A stretch of DNA of 64,000 nt from Candidatus Poribacteria bacterium (lineage in GTDB: Bacteria; Poribacteria; WGA-4E; PCPOR2b), in the NCBI GenBank assembly GCA_965208675.1, contig OZ242351.1, forward strand, positions 1,088,001-1,152,000, written 5' to 3'. The position numbers and the translations under genes are program-made. Below the pieces are notes generated by a model that was not told the origin of the DNA, made no database searches, and saw nothing but the letters and a program-made list of their open reading frames with translations. Shown piece by piece: positions 30,067 through 38,751 of this stretch. Positions within the stretch are counted from its first letter, which is position 1. Each line of letters begins with the position of its first letter.

Positions 30067-31205
30067 TAGCCGGTCATCTTCCTCAGTAGGCAATCTTCCA
30101 GCCTAGGCAAATTTTTGACCTTGACATTCAAATGATCCGCAAGTTCTTCAATGGAACAACTTCCTTGATTATATCTACGGAACGCGAGTTCCAGAAATCT
30201 ATAACCTAGATAAACCGCGCGGGTATTGTAATAGTCGCCTCCCGTACCTTTTTGTGAATTAGCATGATGTGCTTTAGCCCATTGCTCTATCTTTTTTTTA
30301 TAGCCGTCAGATGTAAAGGTTCCCCGGTCGACTAGTTTCAACAAAATGACCGGTCGACTCACCTTATAATAACCTGCCAACTCCTCAATCACATCGTCAT
30401 TGTATACTGAATAATTTAGGCGAGTTTCCAAATGTTCAGAGGGCACCAAAAATTCGGCGGCAAATTGATTGCAAAAGACCTCAACTTGCTCACCTACTGG
30501 ATGGATGCCGCGCGTGATACCATTCTCTCCAAGCAGTAGGTGCGCTAACTCATGAAACAGTGAGAAAATCTGCCTCACAGGTGGTCTAGAATTGTTCAGG
30601 TAGATCACGGGAAACTGCTCATGGACAAGCGAAAAACCATCAACGAAATCATCCTGAAATGCGTCCTTGAAAACGAAGATTCCCTTTTCCTGAATGCAGT
30701 CCCTCCAGTTTTCGAAGGCTTCGGTCGAGTTTTTCCAATTTGCTTGCGTCTCAATACTAACGCTCAAATACTCCCGAACTCGACGTGCTAAGTCCGTTAT
30801 AGGGGCGCCAACTTGGACATGAAGGTCGCGAAAAATCTTCGTATCCACAGGATTTACGTCCATGATTAGTTCCATCAATGAAAGTTGCCTAGCGGCGGCA
30901 TGACGCAACAGCACATGGAGTCTCGGGTTTAGTTTCTCAATTTCCGAACTCCGCAATGAAAACTGGTCCGCTAGTTCGGGCTCTTGCGGAGCTTCGGGAA
31001 AGAAGAACAAGGCAATGGGACGTTTGAATTTATCAGCCAGTTTTTCAAGCTGGGCATAGGTCGGTGCACATTCCCCAGACTCCCAGTTGCAGATGGTTTC
31101 AATATTCTTATTGAGGAATTCAGCAACTTCCTTTTGCGTGTATCCTGAACGTTCTCTCGCCCACTTGATTATAGTAGGATTAACCCCTTGAACGTACTCG
31201 GGCAT
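30066..31205 (-). CDS. XRE-type HTH + ImmA/IrrE-family metallopeptidase
   Basis: N-terminal HTH 'IIKWARERSGYTQKEVAE...ICNWESG', HExxH 'FSLFHELAH' and 'EVFCNQFAAEFLVP'. Its stop overlaps the PIN start codon. Confidence 0.85.
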   Translation of the reverse strand: MPEYVQGVNPTIIKWARERSGYTQKEVAEFLNKNIETICNWESGECAPTYAQLEKLADKFKRPIALFFFPEAPQEPELADQFSLRSSEIEKLNPRLHVLLRHAAARQLSLMELIMDVNPVDTKIFRDLHVQVGAPITDLARRVREYLSVSIETQANWKNSTEAFENWRDCIQEKGIFVFKDAFQDDFVDGFSLVHEQFPVIYLNNSRPPVRQIFSLFHELAHLLLGENGITRGIHPVGEQVEVFCNQFAAEFLVPSEHLETRLNYSVYNDDVIEELAGYYKVSRPVILLKLVDRGTFTSDGYKKKIEQWAKAHHANSQKGTGGDYYNTRAVYLGYRFLELAFRRYNQGSCSIEELADHLNVKVKNLPRLEDCLLRKMTG

Positions 31206-31265
31206 AAATTCATCTCACAAATAAAATATAACGCAATGGAATGTTTTCGACGGCGGTAGCCTTTA

Positions 31266-32152
31266 GAGCCTGTTTGAAAAGTCATTTGATTCGATTTTGC
31301 ATTAAGTAAATGGAAGCGATGTACACCATAGTCTCAGCAGTCCTAGGATAGCGTTCATAATCCAAAGTCAATCGACGAAACCAACCAAGCCAAGAAAATG
31401 TGCGCTCAACAATCCATCGTAACGGGATAACTTCAAACTTCTGCTGTCCTAGCGTAGATGCAATCTCCAGTTGACATTGATGAGCAAAATATAACCAGTC
31501 TTCCAATTCTCCACGATAGGCGGCATCGGCACACACCAACTGAATGGTTATGTACCAGCTAAACACTTCTGTTAGTAACTCGATAGCAATCTGATTATCA
31601 CTGACATTCGCGTCAGTGACTTTGACCATCAATGGAATACCCGTCGTATCCGTTACTAGATGTCGTTTGCGTCCTTTGACCTTCTTGTGACCATCAAAAC
31701 CGCGAGTCGTCGCCAGTTCAGTTGTCTTAATGGATTGGCTGTCAATGATAGCTGCTGTCGGTGATGGTTCTTTGCCACCATCACAGCGTGATTGTTCGTG
31801 AAGTGCCTGATGAATCAAGAGCCATGTATTGTCGGCTTCCCACTTCCTAAAATGGTAATAGACGGTTTGCCACGGCGGCATATCGTATGGTAGCATTCGC
31901 CACTGGCAACCGGACTTGACGACATAAAAGATGGCATTGACAATTAAGTACATCTCCCATTTTAGAGGTCTACCTAATGGTTGAGGGGTTGGCAGAAACG
32001 CTGACAGTTTCTGCCATTGTACATCGGTCAAATCACTAGGATAACGTTTTCGGTTCATGTTTACTCCCTTCATTGGTTCGGAATCAACTGCTCCAGTGAG
32101 TAAACGTAAACATCAACCGTTCAGACATCTTTTTTCTTTTTCAAACAGGCTC
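31266..32152 (-). mobile_element. IS5-family insertion sequence (IS1031-like group), 887 bp
   Basis: Perfect 15-bp TIRs GAGCCTGTTTGAAAA (31266-31280) / TTTTCAAACAGGCTC (32138-32152), with a 3-bp target duplication TTA on both sides. Confidence 0.92.
31282..32058 (-). CDS. IS5-family transposase
   Basis: 'YPSDLTD', 'GCQWRMLP', 'IIDSQS', 'GRKRHLVTDT', 'ADAAY' and 'RWIVERTFSW'. Confidence 0.92.
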   Translation of the reverse strand: MNRKRYPSDLTDVQWQKLSAFLPTPQPLGRPLKWEMYLIVNAIFYVVKSGCQWRMLPYDMPPWQTVYYHFRKWEADNTWLLIHQALHEQSRCDGGKEPSPTAAIIDSQSIKTTELATTRGFDGHKKVKGRKRHLVTDTTGIPLMVKVTDANVSDNQIAIELLTEVFSWYITIQLVCADAAYRGELEDWLYFAHQCQLEIASTLGQQKFEVIPLRWIVERTFSWLGWFRRLTLDYERYPRTAETMVYIASIYLMQNRIK

Positions 32153-32212
32153 TTAACTATAGAATCAATGCGCAATAATTTTGCGAAAAAACCAAATAGG
32201 CTCTTCAACGCC

Positions 32213-32782
32213 CTACAACCTCCCCAGCAGCTCCTGTTTCTTGGATTCGAACTCACCGTCGGTCAGGATTCCCTCGCCTTTCAATGCGGCGAGTTGGCGA
32301 ATTTGCTCGAGAATATCAACGTCGTCATCGGCGGCGGTAATTGCCGGCGGCGTCTCCTCATTCGGTTTCGTTCCAAATACCCCGGCTCGTGAAAGCGCCC
32401 ATACACTCCCGACCAACAACCCCACCAGCAATACCTTCATGTGCAAAGCGTGCACGGGGTGCCAAGAAGACGAGGAATATCCGATGTGAAAGGGGATTGC
32501 ATCTTGAATTATCAATTCAGGGCTACTTCCGGCAACCATAACGAGGCAGACCAAAAGCCCCGCCAAGGTCGGCAGGACAAAGGCGATGCGCACCTCCCTG
32601 AGTTCAATTGCCCAGCATACCCCAACACACAGACCAAAAAGCGTTCCGCCCCAAAGCCAAACATTATAGGACTCAGGACTGTAGTGCCCGTTTATCGATA
32701 AAAACAGCGACACCCCTATTGCAAACCCAACGCTGCATACAACTACTTTCAGGACTGCTAATGCCAGCTTTCCAAAATCCAT
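32213..32782 (-). CDS. Membrane protein with C-terminal SHOCT domain
   Basis: Four hydrophobic segments and C-terminus 'EQIRQLAALKGEGILTDGEFESKKQELL'. ATG follows AGGAGG. Confidence 0.8.
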   Translation of the reverse strand: MDFGKLALAVLKVVVCSVGFAIGVSLFLSINGHYSPESYNVWLWGGTLFGLCVGVCWAIELREVRIAFVLPTLAGLLVCLVMVAGSSPELIIQDAIPFHIGYSSSSWHPVHALHMKVLLVGLLVGSVWALSRAGVFGTKPNEETPPAITAADDDVDILEQIRQLAALKGEGILTDGEFESKKQELLGRL

Positions 32783-32912
32783 CGTAATCTGTCCTCCTAA
32801 CTGTTTAGTGGAAAAATCCAAAGCACTAGCCCCGACAATCTTGCGTGTTTCAACTTCTCGTCATAAATGCTCTAAATTTCGGGGTCGACGGCTTTACTTC
32901 AGCTGTAATGCC

Positions 32913-33431
32913 CTATAGTCTACCCAACAACTCGTGTTTCTTTGATTCAAACTCTTCGTCGGATAGAATGCCATCGTTTTTCAGCGCCCCGAGCTCCCGT
33001 ATCTGTTCGATGACATTGACTCCGGAGACTCCGGATTCTTCACGCGGGTCAGCCTCATCCTGTTTCGGCGTGAATGCCCCGAATCGTGAGAGCGCCCATA
33101 CGCCCGCAATCGCCAAGACCAGTATTAGTAACAATGGGATGTCCAAAGCGTACCAGCGGGGCGGACTAGCTCCGTGGCTTGCCAAAACCACCCAAAAGGC
33201 TAACAATCCCACTAGCAGCGGCATCATAAATGCAATTCGCATTTCTACGCGTCCGCTTGCCCAACATATCCCAACACACAGTCCAATCAATACACCTCCC
33301 AACCCCCATAATGAATACAACTCATGATCAGGAGACGAACTTAACGACCAAATCAGCATTCCAGCAAACCCGAATCCAACAATACACGTGATTACCTTCG
33401 TGATGCCTAATGCAATGCGACCAATACTCAT
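32913..33431 (-). CDS. Membrane protein with C-terminal SHOCT domain, paralogue of 32213-32782
   Basis: Same topology, with 'EQIRELGALKNDGILSDEEFESKKHELL'. Confidence 0.8.
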   Translation of the reverse strand: MSIGRIALGITKVITCIVGFGFAGMLIWSLSSSPDHELYSLWGLGGVLIGLCVGICWASGRVEMRIAFMMPLLVGLLAFWVVLASHGASPPRWYALDIPLLLILVLAIAGVWALSRFGAFTPKQDEADPREESGVSGVNVIEQIRELGALKNDGILSDEEFESKKHELLGRL

Positions 33432-33588
33432 GGTATCTCTCCTCCTTACCGCAACGGATTTAGGTTAAAAGCGCCGTGCTCACGGTGATTCAACTGCTTA
33501 CTCAAAAACCGCTAAACACTGTCACACTGATTGAATTTCCTGTACGGTAGTATTGAATGTGCTTGGGAATTGCCGGCATTGCTGCAAG

Positions 33589-34401
33589 TCAGTAGTCGAC
33601 AACGCTGCAAAATTGAAAAAGCTCCCGTGCGCGTTCCGATAGCCCGTCGTAAGTCTCCGGCGGCACCTTTATCGGTCCGCCGATACTCATCCACCACAAC
33701 GCGTAGCAGACCACAATTTCGGGTCGCGGCGAATCGGAAGTGTTTGGCGTACCCCGATGCAATATGCGGGGATCCTGTATCCACATCGTGCCTTTTTTCA
33801 CATTCAGCCGCTGTGCGGACGGAAAATTCCCTTGCTCCAGCACCTCATTGTACCGTCCTTCCATATCGGGATTCGCGAGATACTGCGACGCAGGCAGCAC
33901 CTCAATACTGCCGTTCTCCTCGGAAGTGTCCACGAGCGGAAACTTAACGCCTATTGACGGACTAGTGTCAAGTCCGACATGCGGGATCTCTTTTGCAAGT
34001 TCGACGTCTCTATGCCAAGGCTGAAACTCGCTGCCCGGATACGGGTTGTTGGAGTGAAAACACTTGATGTAAAAATCGTCTCTGTCCCAATAACGCCGGA
34101 GGAATTCCAGTATAACCGGGTTCTCGTACACCTCCGGGTCGGCGAACGGCGGCACCCACGGGATGGTCAGTGTGTAACGGTTGACCATCTGTTGGCGCCC
34201 ATACCCGGTGCGCAGCTCGCCCCACTCTTTGGGCGCGATACCGTCTTCCCGCGTTCTGACGTGTTCAAGCATCGGCAGAAACGCTTCACGGATGCGGTCT
34301 ACCGTCGCGGCGGACAATACATCCTCAATCAGCGTGAAGCCGTTTATCCTGAACTCGGATACTTTAAGATCTAAATCTACGTCCTCACATCTTACAGCCA
34401 T
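33589..34401 (-). CDS. PhyH-family dioxygenase
   Basis: 'QPWHRD', 'PLVDTSEENGSIEVLPAS' and 'DPRILHRGTPN...PR'. Confidence 0.85.
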   Translation of the reverse strand: MAVRCEDVDLDLKVSEFRINGFTLIEDVLSAATVDRIREAFLPMLEHVRTREDGIAPKEWGELRTGYGRQQMVNRYTLTIPWVPPFADPEVYENPVILEFLRRYWDRDDFYIKCFHSNNPYPGSEFQPWHRDVELAKEIPHVGLDTSPSIGVKFPLVDTSEENGSIEVLPASQYLANPDMEGRYNEVLEQGNFPSAQRLNVKKGTMWIQDPRILHRGTPNTSDSPRPEIVVCYALWWMSIGGPIKVPPETYDGLSERARELFQFCSVVDY

Positions 34402-34435
34402 GAATCCTCCGCCGGCCAACAGACAATCCGTATTT

Positions 34436-34467
34436 GAAACCGAGTTTTTTCCTCAAAACTCGGTTTC
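34436..34467. repeat. Palindromic REP-like element
   Basis: GAAACCGAGTTTT-N6-AAAACTCGGTTTC. A degenerate second copy lies near 34514-34545. Confidence 0.55.
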
Positions 34468-34736
34468 TCAAAACTTACAAAAAGTCGTCCATCGCATTGT
34501 GACCTTGGCTTTAGAAACCAAGTAGGTTTTCAAAACTCGGTTGCTCCGCCATGCCATGCAGGTATAGGCAAAGATTAAAGGGTGACACCTGCAAAATTGA
34601 TTTTATCATAGCACATTTCCACCGTCCAGAAAAACAGGAAACCGATTCCGCATTTCTATGTGTCGATCTAGCGGTTTGTGGTATCATATCGGTTGTGCTA
34701 AATTCAGAATTCAGCCTGAGAAAAGGAGAATTAGAT

Positions 34737-34946
34737 ATGCGGCACGAAAAATGGAGTTGCCCCAAATGCAGCAACAATGATTTCGAGACAGATGTTTTTC
34801 AAGCAACGGGCGGTGGATTCGCCAAGATGTTCGATGTTCAAAACAAGAAATTCACGACCGTGTCATGTACGCAATGCCAATACACTGAAATCTACAAAGC
34901 GGATACATCCCGCCTCGACAACATCTTCGATTTCTTCACCGGCTAA
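34737..34946 (+). CDS. Small zinc-ribbon protein (DUF2082-like)
   Basis: CPKC...CTQC, 'FDVQNKKFTTVSC' and 'YTEIY'. RBS AAGGAG. Confidence 0.8.
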   Translation: MRHEKWSCPKCSNNDFETDVFQATGGGFAKMFDVQNKKFTTVSCTQCQYTEIYKADTSRLDNIFDFFTG

Positions 34947-35161
34947 GCGTGTGCTGAGGACTTGTGTAAAGAAATCTTTGGATAGGTACAGTAAAACCAA
35001 TATTTTTTATTCATACCGCCGGTTCGATTTCCTGGCCGAACCGGTATTCATCCAGCCCGCGGGCGTGGCAGGAAACGTACGCACCAATTCATGTGTAAAT
35101 TTGAAACGGTTACAGCCACCGCAGCGGCATATCGGTGATATATCTGACTCTCGAAGTCGAA

Positions 35162-35215
35162 ATGTCCGATAACTAACCTTATCGGACGTTTTAACCCCCG
35201 AAAACGTCCGATAAG
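35162..35215. other. Putative tyrosine-recombinase site (dif-like 11-6-11 core plus accessory repeat)
   Basis: ATGTCCGATAA-CTAACC-TTATCGGACGT (35162-35189), with further ACGTCCGATAAG copies at 35204-35215 and 35389-35400. Confidence 0.65.
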
Positions 35216-35411
35216 TGGAAACGTTCTCCGAAAAAGTTCGTTTTTTAAGTCACAGTTGCCATCGGGACAGCGTGCGAAACCGCAAAACCGATTCGCCGGC
35301 AACCCTGATGTAGACTGACTTTCCAGCCATTTTTGCAATCCCTAAATCCAACGGCAGGAAAGCGGTAGAATTGCGGCTTGGAAAAAACACGTCCGATAAG
35401 GAGAACATAAA

Positions 35412-36314
35412 TTGAACGACATTTTACAAGATTATCGAGACAATCTTTACGATCTAGACAAGTCCGAGAATACAATTCAAGCCTACATGACGGATTTGCG
35501 TTCATTTTCGCACTGGTTCGAGACCGAGACGGGACAAACGCTTGAACCGGAGAACATCACGCCCCTCGACGTAATTGATTACCGCAAAGATTTGCTGGAC
35601 CAGGGCAGAAAACCGTCAACCATTAACCGCCGCTTAATCAGCATCTCCAGCTTTTGCCAGTGGGCGCGCGAAAACGACCTGATACCCAATAACCCCGTTG
35701 AAGGTGTTCGCCCTGTGGCTGAGGAGCCGCTTGGCCCCGCTGCGTTGGAGCGAAAGCAACAACTCGCGTTGATCAGAACGGTTCGGAGATCAGGAAATGT
35801 TCGGGATTTGGCGATTATCACGACCTTGTTACACACGGGTCTACGGGTAAACGAACTCTGTAACCTTCAAGTTTCTGATATTATTATATCCGATAATAGC
35901 AATATGATTACGGTCCGTGAAGGCAAAGGCACTAAGCGGCGGACCATCCCGTTAAACCCAACTGTTGTCCGCATTTTAAAGGACTATTTGGCGTCACAAA
36001 ACGGCAACGGTACTCGGAACACTGCGTTACAGGTCGAGGCGTCAGAGTTCCTGTTTTACGGACAGAAACGAACGCCGCTGACCGACCGCGGCGTACGTTA
36101 TATTATTAAAAAATATGCGTATATTGCAAAAATAGAGCATGTATCGCCGCATTCGCTTAGACATACCTGTGCTAAGAACCTTATTGATGCCGGACAGCCT
36201 ATCGATAGAGTCGCAACAATTCTCGGACATTCAAGCGTTAATACCACCAAAATTTATACGATGCCTACGGAGCGAGATTTACAAAAGACGATGGACAGCA
36301 TTGCGTGGGAGTAG
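35412..36314 (+). CDS. Tyrosine recombinase (XerC/D-like resolvase/integrase)
   Basis: SAM-like N-terminus 'SENTIQAYMTDL', with catalytic 'HTGLRVNEL', 'GKGTKRR', 'HSLRH' and 'LGHSSVNTTKIY'. Confidence 0.9.
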   Translation: MNDILQDYRDNLYDLDKSENTIQAYMTDLRSFSHWFETETGQTLEPENITPLDVIDYRKDLLDQGRKPSTINRRLISISSFCQWARENDLIPNNPVEGVRPVAEEPLGPAALERKQQLALIRTVRRSGNVRDLAIITTLLHTGLRVNELCNLQVSDIIISDNSNMITVREGKGTKRRTIPLNPTVVRILKDYLASQNGNGTRNTALQVEASEFLFYGQKRTPLTDRGVRYIIKKYAYIAKIEHVSPHSLRHTCAKNLIDAGQPIDRVATILGHSSVNTTKIYTMPTERDLQKTMDSIAWE

Positions 36315-36399
36315 TATTCCTAATTATAGCCAATCGCGTATATTCATATATACCAATATTTTCCCTATAACTATTTATCATATTTTTCTCGATTTGCTA

Positions 36400-36429
36400 T
36401 TGACTTGATGTATACCTGCATGTTATAAT
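36400..36429 (+). promoter_or_regulatory. Sigma-70-like promoter with extended -10
   Basis: TTGACT-N18-TATAAT with TGn directly before the -10. Confidence 0.55.
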
Positions 36430-36523
36430 GTCGCAAATGCACATATTAGCGATAGTGTAAATCACAAATTTAGTAATTTGGTACAATTAGTTTCCTGAAA
36501 CGGGATAAATCGAGAGGATACCC

Positions 36524-36913
36524 ATGAAAGAATATCGACAGGCGAAGAACTCACTAAAAAAACAGGTAAGTCTATTGTTACCGATTGAAGTTTACGAAGG
36601 CGCAAAACGCGACTCGCAACGGTATAATAGGTCGATGGCATACCACATAGTCGAAACACTTCGCTTAACCTATAGCAAATCAATCGAAGAAATACTAGCG
36701 GAAAAAGAGGCGGCTGCCCAACAGAGAATTCTGCAGGAACTGAAGGAAAGGGCGGCTGCCGCGGGTAAATCTGAGGAGTTAATACAGGCGATAGAATCGG
36801 TGTTCACCCGCTTCGCCCAAGTCAAAACGTCAAATGACTTTACCGAAGATTTTCAAAACGACATCATGACCTTCGCAGCGATGATGCTAGAAGGAGAACA
36901 ACCAACACAATAA
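36524..36913 (+). CDS. Hypothetical protein, possible ribbon-helix-helix (Arc-like) DNA-binding N-terminus
   Basis: RBS GAGG. 'KQVSLLLPIEVYEGAKRDSQRYNRSMAYHIVETL' fits a strand-helix-helix pattern. Confidence 0.55.
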   Translation: MKEYRQAKNSLKKQVSLLLPIEVYEGAKRDSQRYNRSMAYHIVETLRLTYSKSIEEILAEKEAAAQQRILQELKERAAAAGKSEELIQAIESVFTRFAQVKTSNDFTEDFQNDIMTFAAMMLEGEQPTQ

Positions 36914-37237
36914 TGAAAATCTGGGGCGGAGGTGCCGTTTCCTGCTTGAATTATGCACTTGACCTCCTCCATGTCATTAAGGGGAAGCAAGAAGGAACGA
37001 TATTAGCACGCCCGCTTTCCAAGCAGACGCTCCCAAATGGAACAACTCTTCCTCCCGCTTGCTAAGCTTTCTATTACACGCATCTTAATGAGGGTGCTAG
37101 AAACAGCCCTCGGCAGTGACCCCAATTGTTTGGACACGAAATTGCGGATGTTAAGAAGGTATTTTGAAGTTTAGGACTTAACCTATAACTGTGTTAGTGC
37201 TGCGTAGTTAATTCAAGATTAAATATCGATTGGTGTT

Positions 37238-38062
37238 CTAGTGTGCATTATACGCTGCCTCGAATTCAGCAGGTGTCCGATAGCCTAGCGCTGAATGAGG
37301 CCTTTTCTGATTATACACGACATCTAATACTAGACTAAGTTGGTTGTATGCATCCCGGAAATTCTGATACTCGGAGTCAACGATATACTCGTCTTTGATT
37401 CTGCCAATCGTACTCTCAACGTATGGATTCTGCCACGGTTTCCCACGGTCCGTCATGGAAATGCGGCACGCTATCGCTCTCAATTGCTGACAATACTTCT
37501 CAGCAATGTACTGTCCACCTCGGTCTGAATGATGGATTTGCGGACGATGCTGTCTTGCTAATGCTTTTCTCAAAGCCCCAGACAGCAGGTTAACTGACAT
37601 GTTTTTTGACAACTCCCAACCTCTTATGGTTCGAGTAAAAACATCAAACAATAATGCCAGATAAGCCATTTGACCACTAGCCAGTGGAACATAGGTGATA
37701 TCTGCACGCCAAATCTGGTCAGGATAAGTGACTGATAAATCTTTGAGCAAATTCGGATACGCATATCGTCCGGGTTGACTGTTGGTGGTGATAACCCGCT
37801 TTCGCCTAGGACGTACTTGAAGCCCTAGTGCGCCAACCAGACGTTGCACCCGTTTTCGGTTGACAACCAATCCTTGACGATGCAGTTCATTTGTGATTCT
37901 GCGATACCCATAGCGGTGATTTGATAAACGTATTTGCTCGATATGCCGGCAAAGCTGAGCATCACCATCGGCTTTGGAATCGTAATAGAAACTGCTTCGA
38001 GACAAACCTAGCACATTACACAGTAGGCTAATGGGAAATGCTTCGCTGCCGCGTTTCGCCAA
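37238..38062 (-). CDS. IS3 transposase OrfB (DDE integrase core), in the -1 frame to OrfA
   Basis: 'YGYRRIT', 'WRADITY', 'HHSDRGGQY', 'QNPYVES' and 'YNQKRPHSALGY'. The -1 frame is open from the A7G site. Confidence 0.88.
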   Translation of the reverse strand: MAKRGSEAFPISLLCNVLGLSRSSFYYDSKADGDAQLCRHIEQIRLSNHRYGYRRITNELHRQGLVVNRKRVQRLVGALGLQVRPRRKRVITTNSQPGRYAYPNLLKDLSVTYPDQIWRADITYVPLASGQMAYLALLFDVFTRTIRGWELSKNMSVNLLSGALRKALARQHRPQIHHSDRGGQYIAEKYCQQLRAIACRISMTDRGKPWQNPYVESTIGRIKDEYIVDSEYQNFRDAYNQLSLVLDVVYNQKRPHSALGYRTPAEFEAAYNAH

Positions 38063-38076
38063 TTCCCGTTTCTGCT

Positions 38077-38370
38077 TTATCGAGAGTCGAAGTAACTCAA
38101 TACTTTTTTTGAGGCAGACAGCTCCAGTGTCAATTGCCCGACGAGACGCTCCAGTTCAGCGATGCGCGCATTGGAGGTGTTCTTGTGGTTCTGCTCAGCC
38201 ACAAAGAGATTCGCAGCGTTTTCCATGAAGTGTTGGCGCCATTTGGACAGTAAGGTATCGCTGATTTGATATTGGTTACAAATTTCAACTGGGCGTTTCC
38301 GCCCACTGATGATATCTAGCACACATTCGAGCTTAAATTCGGGTGTAAATTGCCGTCTTGCCTTCGACAT
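38077..38370 (-). CDS. IS3 transposase OrfA (HTH + leucine zipper)
   Basis: 'RRQFTPEFKLECV' and 'RIAELERLVGQLTLE'. Slippery A-AAA-AAA-G at 38103-38110. Confidence 0.88.
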   Translation of the reverse strand: MSKARRQFTPEFKLECVLDIISGRKRPVEICNQYQISDTLLSKWRQHFMENAANLFVAEQNHKNTSNARIAELERLVGQLTLELSASKKVLSYFDSR

Positions 38371-38638
38371 GATAGCCCCTTTCTGGACGGTTAGTTATTA
38401 TAAAATCCTTCTTAGCTCAATGTCCAGTTTCTTGGGGTCATTCCAGCTAGAGGGTTCTAAATTAACACCCCACCCTTAATCCCACAATAAGAAATCTCGC
38501 CGGTGGTCAAACACATTCTAATATCCTGATTCTGACTGTGACGCATGTGCTACACCTTTGTATCACTGGTACAACAGTTCTCTCCTGCATAACCTCACCC
38601 ACTACTAGAAATAGCCCGATAATTTAAGAGATTTGGCG

Positions 38639-38655
38639 TTGGCATCTAAATTGCT
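38639..38655 (+). promoter_or_regulatory. Putative sigma-54 (-24/-12) promoter
   Basis: TTGGCATCTAAATTGCT fits TGGCAC-N5-TTGC spacing and lies about 100 nt upstream of the first propeller gene. Confidence 0.6.
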
Positions 38656-38751
38656 CTTTATCAGGCAATAGAAATCTCCGCTCCGAAGCGTTGCGGAGCA
38701 ATCCTACCTTAAAGTAATTCCATTTCCCAATTGAGTACGGAGGTAAGTCAG

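Larger units (their letters stand above)
37112..38445 (-). mobile_element. IS3-family insertion sequence, about 1.33 kb
   Basis: Imperfect 25-bp IRs GGCAGTGACCCCAATTGTTTGGACA (37112-37136) and TGGAATGACCCCAAGAAACTGGACA (reverse complement of 38421-38445), enclosing orfA/orfB. No clear target duplication. Confidence 0.88.

Noticed and set aside
32213-36314. Integron (intI with cassettes)
   Set aside because: The recombinase lacks the IntI-specific insertion, and no attC-like sites are visible between the neighbouring genes.
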